A stretch of 64,000 bases of DNA from Fistulifera solaris (taxonomy: Eukaryota): contig AP026125.1 in the NCBI GenBank assembly GCA_030295235.1, positions 1,860,001-1,924,000 of the forward strand, in the 5' to 3' direction. Both the position numbers and the translations under genes were made by a program. How positions within the stretch are numbered: the stretch's first letter is position 1; each line of letters begins with the position of its first letter. Below, in pieces: positions 60,496-64,000 of this stretch. Under the pieces are notes generated by a model, which saw only the letters and a program-made list of their open reading frames with translations, made no database searches and was not told the DNA's origin.

Positions 60496-63400
60496 ATGAC
60501 TTCCCCCGGATCACAAAACGAAAAGATGGCGCAATTCGACACAGACGCGCCGACGGAGCAGGACGATCCGAAAGTATCGTTCGCGAGTCACGTGAGCACG
60601 GCGGAGGAGAATGCGTCTCATCTCAATAACAACAATTTGAAGTCCCCGGGTCCGATTGCTGCCTACAATTCCACTGATTACGGAGATTACGTATTATCAG
60701 ACGAAGATTACGAAAAGTTTTGGTTGACGGAGGAAGACGAAGAAGATGAAGCAGAGCTTCTGCCCTCGCACAGTAACCTCACGGACACGGCCATACAGGA
60801 TGAGGCTAATGCGGACGAACCAACGTTGCGCTTCCGATCGTACTCTCATGGTGATATATTGTCGAGACAGATACTCGCCGCGGCGTCGGATGATGACATG
60901 GCGGCGTATGCCGACGATGAGAGTGAAAAACAAATCAGCAGTAGTTCGACTACGCTCCGAATGACCAATAAGACATCACCGTCCAAGAAAAGCATCCGTC
61001 TATCGTCGTCTCTAACCTCACCCAACAAGAAGCGAAATCACACGCGATCGGCATCATTAAATGCGAAACCCTTTCTTCGTTACTTGCGGAACTTTACGGT
61101 CGGTCGAGAGAAACGTGACGCGGAAGGCAAAGAAACCGACGAGGATATGCCCAACGTGCATCGCGTGGTGGATGCCGATTCTTCTTCGTCATCACCTTCC
61201 TTGCCCGATGATGGATGCGTGGACGATGAGGATGATGATGATGAAGAAGAAGCAGGACAAGTTAATTTTATTCCGGCTGGTGCTAGTGAATACGATTCGT
61301 GGGACGAGAGTAGTTCTCTTGAACTCGATGAAGACATGGCACCCACTGCCGTGCATGACTGGGGGTCTCTTCCCCCGGTACCGAACAAATTCATTCCCAA
61401 TCCAGATCCCCGTGATCCGCAAATGAATACTCGAAATATACCTTACTTGGATGCGGATATTCTGGAGGAATCCGAGCAAATGTCGAAATTGGATGCCAAC
61501 ATTTTTGTTTTAGAACACGCTTTGCTGTTGCGGTCGGTCATGCAGTTGCTCATTGAACGAGATCATATTGGTGTGGAAGGGAGTGTTGATGATATGGACA
61601 ATATTATCAAACGAGGACCACTGAAGAAAACAACGTTTGCTGTAGGAAAACGAGGACACAAGAAGATACGAGCGACTTGGGGTATCAAATACGTGGAGTT
61701 GCGTCGAGGAAATTTAACGTACTACGGAGATAATGCTAAGAACGGAGAGCGAAAAACTATTCACTTGCGACAGAAAGAAGCCGTCGTTCGAGAAAATACA
61801 GCATTAGATAGGGGGGACCGATGGATTTCCGTTTGAGCTGTTGGTACAGGGCAACCCACCGCGGTATTGGATGGCGCGTTCCGAAGAAGAGCGACAGTCA
61901 TGGATTAGGGCGATTGAGGCGGCCATGATTGGAGACGAAACGCGATCCACTCGTGCACTAGACCTGACACCTTACAAAAGTTCTATCAATGCCTCGAGCA
62001 AGTTGAAAAGCACGCTAAGCCATGCTGCCACGAAGGACTCTTACATCAACGCGATCAAACATGTAAAAAAGGAATTAGGGAACGATCAACCTCTTCAATT
62101 ACCTGTGCAATGGTTGAAGCAGCAGATACAGCTGGAAACTAGCAAGGAAGAAGATAATCGAAATCCTTTAACTCGTCGAAACATTCCACCCGATCGGGTC
62201 ATCAAGTTTTCGTTTCAACAGTTTTGGAAATCGATGCGCCAATTAAATGTATCGATCAATGGATTTGAAATACCACCTTCCAGTCCGGCAGCGCCAGAAC
62301 GGGTAGTCGGCTCCTTGACTCGATGTATATTGGAGTTTGATAAGGCACATCAAAACCACAGTAACATACACGGCGCATCCAACGAAATATCGGAACTACA
62401 AGCTGTCTCCTATGCGAGAATCATCTTGTCGTCAGTGCTGCAATCAAAAAAGGAAGGAGTAACTTTTGATGTCCTTCATCACTTTTGCAAGCACAAAACG
62501 ATGTAATTTGCATTTCTCAGGAACTTGAAGATGAAGCCGAATCGGCAACGCATTTTGAAGTTTCGTTTGCCGGGGATGACCTTCCTGAGGATCTCTTTTA
62601 GAAACTGACTATGAAAAGGATCAGTCGAGTTGGATATACTTAGCACGACGAAGGAACAAAAAAGCAACAGTTCCCAAAAGTCGTTGGAGACGTCGCTACG
62701 CTGTCTTGTCAGGTGCCGTTTTGAGTTTCTATGAAGCTGCCACGCCACGTCCTCATGGTCTTCGCGGACAATTCGTGCTTTCTGGCCAATGCGAGGTTAT
62801 AGCGCAAGAGACTTCGAAAGATGCAGATGGATCAATGCTGGTTTCTCCCCGTGGGGATCGTCGATATGTTATTTGCATTTGCAATCCGGGGGAGCAAGAT
62901 TGTCTTTTGTGCTTTGAATATAAAGGGGATATGGAATCTTGGCAGGAAATTTTGGAACAACAAGTTCGGGCTTTAGCAGCTGCGAAGCAAGATACGAGTG
63001 AAGAGGTGATTGGCTTATCTCGGCAAAAGAATACGACTGGAATGTTGAAAGGTGCAGAAAGGGTTTTCAAAGGTGCTGCTGACAGTGGAATGCGTGTCGG
63101 TGGTCGTGTTATCAAAGGAGCTACTGATACGATGAAAAGTGCAACGGATGGCAGTATGAAAGTAGTGAAGAGAGCGACAGATGGTAGCATGAAAGCCATG
63201 AGAAGAGCCACCGATAGCAGTATGAAGGTCATTCGCGGGGCTGTGAGAACATTTCGCTCAACGGGGAATCGTGACGAAGCCGAAATTTCACCTCCCATAA
63301 TCTCACGAGTCATACGCAAAGCAACGTCTTCACATTTGCTCTCCACTGCTACCGATTCAGGGAAGCGCGAGCCGTCAGTTCAGTGTATTGTACAGCGTTC

Positions 63401-63641
63401 TAGTACGTTTTCTATTCGATCGGCGCTGGCGAGAACAAAGCATTACTATGATGATGGTGACGATGATGAGGACGAAGACGACCACTGGCTGACGGTGCAG
63501 GTGACTTGGTATCAAGCGTTTCTCATGTCTGGAGGATCCAGTGGGAAGATAAACAGCGGTGACGCACTGATTGAACTTGACTTTGTTGACAAAGAAGAAG
63601 ACACTGATGAAGAGTATGTCGGTGAACTAGAAGTATTGTAA
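60496..63641 (+). CDS. PH-domain protein with acidic N-terminus (several frameshifts)
   Basis: IKRGPLKK...WGIKYVELRRGNLTYY...YWMARSEEERQSWIRAI. Second PH-like segment LSFYE...LLCFEYKGDMESWQEIL. Confidence 0.75.
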
Positions 63642-63776
63642 CATATGGATGAAGACGTGTTTGTTATGATGTCAAGATAAAGCTGGAAAAGGTCCCTTTT
63701 TTAAACTATGCCTTTAGTTGAGAAGAAGGTAAAAAGGAATAATGCGGCGAATAGAAGCTTATGAGCACAAGAGTTA

Positions 63777-64000
63777 TTAGTTGCGAGCTTTGGTGGGATC
63801 CGTAAACTCTTTGTAAATAACATCGATTTTTTCCATCACCTCACTATCCACCCTGAGATCATATGCTTTGATATCTTCGTGGAGCTGGTTCATTGTCGTT
63901 GCTCCAATAATCGTCGATGCTACATTCTTGTTGTGATAGCACCAACTCAATGCCAACTCGGACGGAGTTATACCGATGGATTCTGCTAGCTCGGCGTATC
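63777..64000 (-). CDS. Tas-like aldo-keto reductase, C-terminal fragment (truncated by window)
   Basis: Manual translation: YAELAESIGITPSELALSWCYHNKNVASTIIGATTMNQLHEDIKAYDLRVDSEVMEKIDVIYKEFTDPTKARN*. Confidence 0.85.
   Translation of the reverse strand, partial: YAELAESIGITPSELALSWCYHNKNVASTIIGATTMNQLHEDIKAYDLRVDSEVMEKIDVIYKEFTDPTKARN

Overview
Gene-dense eukaryotic nuclear DNA, almost certainly from a diatom. The evidence is bipartite signal+F/W plastid presequences, short GT-AG introns (mostly 60-95 nt) and a diatom-type 5S rRNA; the intronless gene at 53.1-54.7 kb resembles a family I associate with Fistulifera (from memory, unverified). About 25 protein genes are present: DDHD phospholipase, DOCK-family GEF, glycerol kinase, YchJ/SEC-C, kinase-like protein, Efg1, DNAJC11-like, PEX11, P/U-type cyclin, organellar ThrRS, RPL37, SET methyltransferase, MATE, DUF493, two TLC-like paralogues, WDR18/Ipi3, gamma-tubulin, CCA-adding enzyme, two aldo-keto reductases, a Lys/Ala/Pro-repeat plastid protein, Ttd14-like, a glycosyltransferase fusion and a PH protein. 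Many ORFs, including essential ones, are split by 1-nt indels, typically at homopolymer runs; these are read as assembly errors. Most notable: (1) one gene fusing a degenerate ppGalNAc-transferase (GT27)-like domain to a core-1 galactosyltransferase (GT31) domain; (2) a dispersed ~213-bp repeat family with a CTACGT-N7-ACGTAG dyad that forms an array at 18.4-19.1 kb and brackets the intronless gene at 53.1-54.7 kb like a cassette; (3) two other intergenic tandem arrays, each followed by a hairpin+CTAG (Helitron-like end); (4) several organelle- or secretory-targeted probable pseudoenzymes. All family calls come from motif recognition by eye; no searches were run.
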